Origin: Ptychomitrium polyphyllum | Lineage: Eukaryota | Assembly (NCBI GenBank): GCA_973851085.1 | Contig: OZ316775.1 | Location: forward strand, 1,488,001 to 1,552,000 | Length of the DNA stretch: 64,000 nt | Reading direction: 5' to 3' | In this document: positions 62,201 to 64,000 of the stretch, piece by piece | How the letters are laid out: each line of letters begins with the position of its first letter | How positions within the stretch are numbered: position 1 is the stretch's first letter | The notes under the pieces: generated by a model | The model's input: only the letters and a program-made list of their open reading frames with translations | What the model was told of the DNA's origin: nothing | Database searches by the model: none | Program-made: the position numbers and the translations under genes

Positions 62201-64000
62201 AAACTTCCTCAATAAATGTTTTGCTTTATTTTTTATATTATTCTTGGATGCCTTGCAAAAGTCATGCAATTTGTATCATTTTGCTCATCATTGGTACCAC
62301 ATCATTTTACATTTGGAAATTAATGCAAAAAATGTAGTTCCTTCAAACACATTAACTATTTTGTAGAAATTTTAGTAGTTGCAATTTAAATTGATAAATT
62401 GAAGAAAAATAATTAAAGTTGGAAAAAATCCCTAAAAGAAGATGAATTATACTAATAAAGATTTCAAAGATTAAAAGATGGTTATAATTCACCAATTTAT
62501 ATTTATATTTATGTTCAACAAAGAGCTTTTTATAAAACAACAATCATATAGATGAAACAATAAAAGAAATTATATTGAACAAACATTACTTAAATCTACA
62601 TCTACTACAATTTGGAAATACATTAGGATTTACAATACAATCGTTTTATGTATTTTTATAATTTCATAAAAGTATCAGCTCAATGTTGCATCATGGACGT
62701 CAAGAATAGCTAATTTTATTATAACTATGACTTGCTTTATTGTTACATAACATAGCATTGGTTGCCAAGCCACATTAAATGGATGCAGTTTAGTTTAAAT
62801 CAAGGAATTATTTATCCATTTAATTTGAACTTCATGTTAATTGGTTTTAAGTATCAATTAGGATTTAGAAAGAGTGTTAAATGGAAAAGCTTAATTGGCT
62901 TGGTATTCCATATCAAATCAAGTATTGTAATTGTAATTTGAAAAAGAAAGATTTTATATATGATTTGCTTGAAGATAGTAGTATATTCATTCAATAAAGG
63001 TTTAGAATTCAACATACATTTGCACGCTTAGGTTCTCTTTTTATGGAGTATAAAATTGCTTAATGTATATATTATAGTTCGTTTTTTATTTACTTGGCAT
63101 AAAATTTAATATTTCACGCATTTTTTGAATTGTTAAGTTACCTTTATTTTGTTCAACTTTTTATGTCCAACTCTAAGTGAGATAATAAGTGGAATTTTGT
63201 AAAAGAAGAGGAGGAACTTTCATTTTTTTTAAAATATACACCGAGGCCAATGGAACGAAAGCTTGTATAGATAGGCCTACACAGCCCTCGCTCCTTCAAA
63301 GCCATAGGTCCTCCCCCTCCTCACGGCCATAGGCCCCCTCCCGTAGCCCACCAGTGCAAGCCGTGCGGCGGCAGGGCGCAGGCATTGCAATTCGGCCTAA
63401 AACCGGTAGCCAGGGGAACCACGGACGCGTGGCAATGCAGTTCATGGACCTCAAACTGATTTTGTTTTATTATTATTATTATTAGTATTAAATTTTTAAT
63501 TATTTTGTAAGTCTATTTCTATCTCACCTAATTTGGGTGTATTTCTTTTTAAGAAGTTTGTTAGAGTATGGTAAGAAAATTCTTAAAGATTCAATTTTAT
63601 GATGGTACTTATTAAGTTTATGATGATACTTGTTAAATACTAAAGAATACCTTTAGTGCCATTTCTTTTGAATATTACAAACTTTTGTGATTAATGGCCA
63701 TTTATTACAAGATAATGCTAATAGCTTTAGTTTACTTTGAATTAAAAATTTGTTGTTTAAAAAAAATATCCAACTTTTTATTTCTAAATTTTGTATTCAA
63801 TATCCTCCTTTGTGATAACTAGGAAGTCATAACTTATAACTTGCAAATTTTGTGGTAATAACAAATGCAAGTGTAGGTAAAAGTGTTGTGCATTCTTATT
63901 TAGTTTTTTTTATTGCAATTTGATAATGATTATAATACTCAATTTATTATATATAATAATCCTTTTACTTGCACATCTAAGCTTTACCACTATATTCATT

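Overview
Eukaryotic, intron-rich plant nuclear DNA, most likely a moss. This is inferred from the protein sequences, the DFE-type kinase family and the ETR-type hybrid kinase; the species cannot be fixed from the sequence alone. I reconstructed 11 protein-coding genes by joining exons at GT-AG sites: an intronless PGRL1, a LENG1/Cir_N-like gene, a lambda-class GST, a GRDP1/DUF1399-like gene, a CRAL-TRIO/Sec14-like gene, a SCYL1-like pseudokinase, purH, an ethylene-receptor-like hybrid histidine kinase, a PLAC8/PCR-like gene, ferredoxin-sulfite reductase and EF1-beta/delta. The EF1-beta/delta last exon falls in a 100-N assembly gap. The window also holds a decayed protein-kinase pseudogene, two microsatellites, telo-boxes and several AT-rich tracts that probably hold degraded transposon DNA. 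I found no convincing new multi-gene system. The most notable points are the receptor's mixed architecture, the ribbon-helix-helix-like tail on SiR, the intronless PGRL1, and a 13-14 bp motif shared by two upstream regions.
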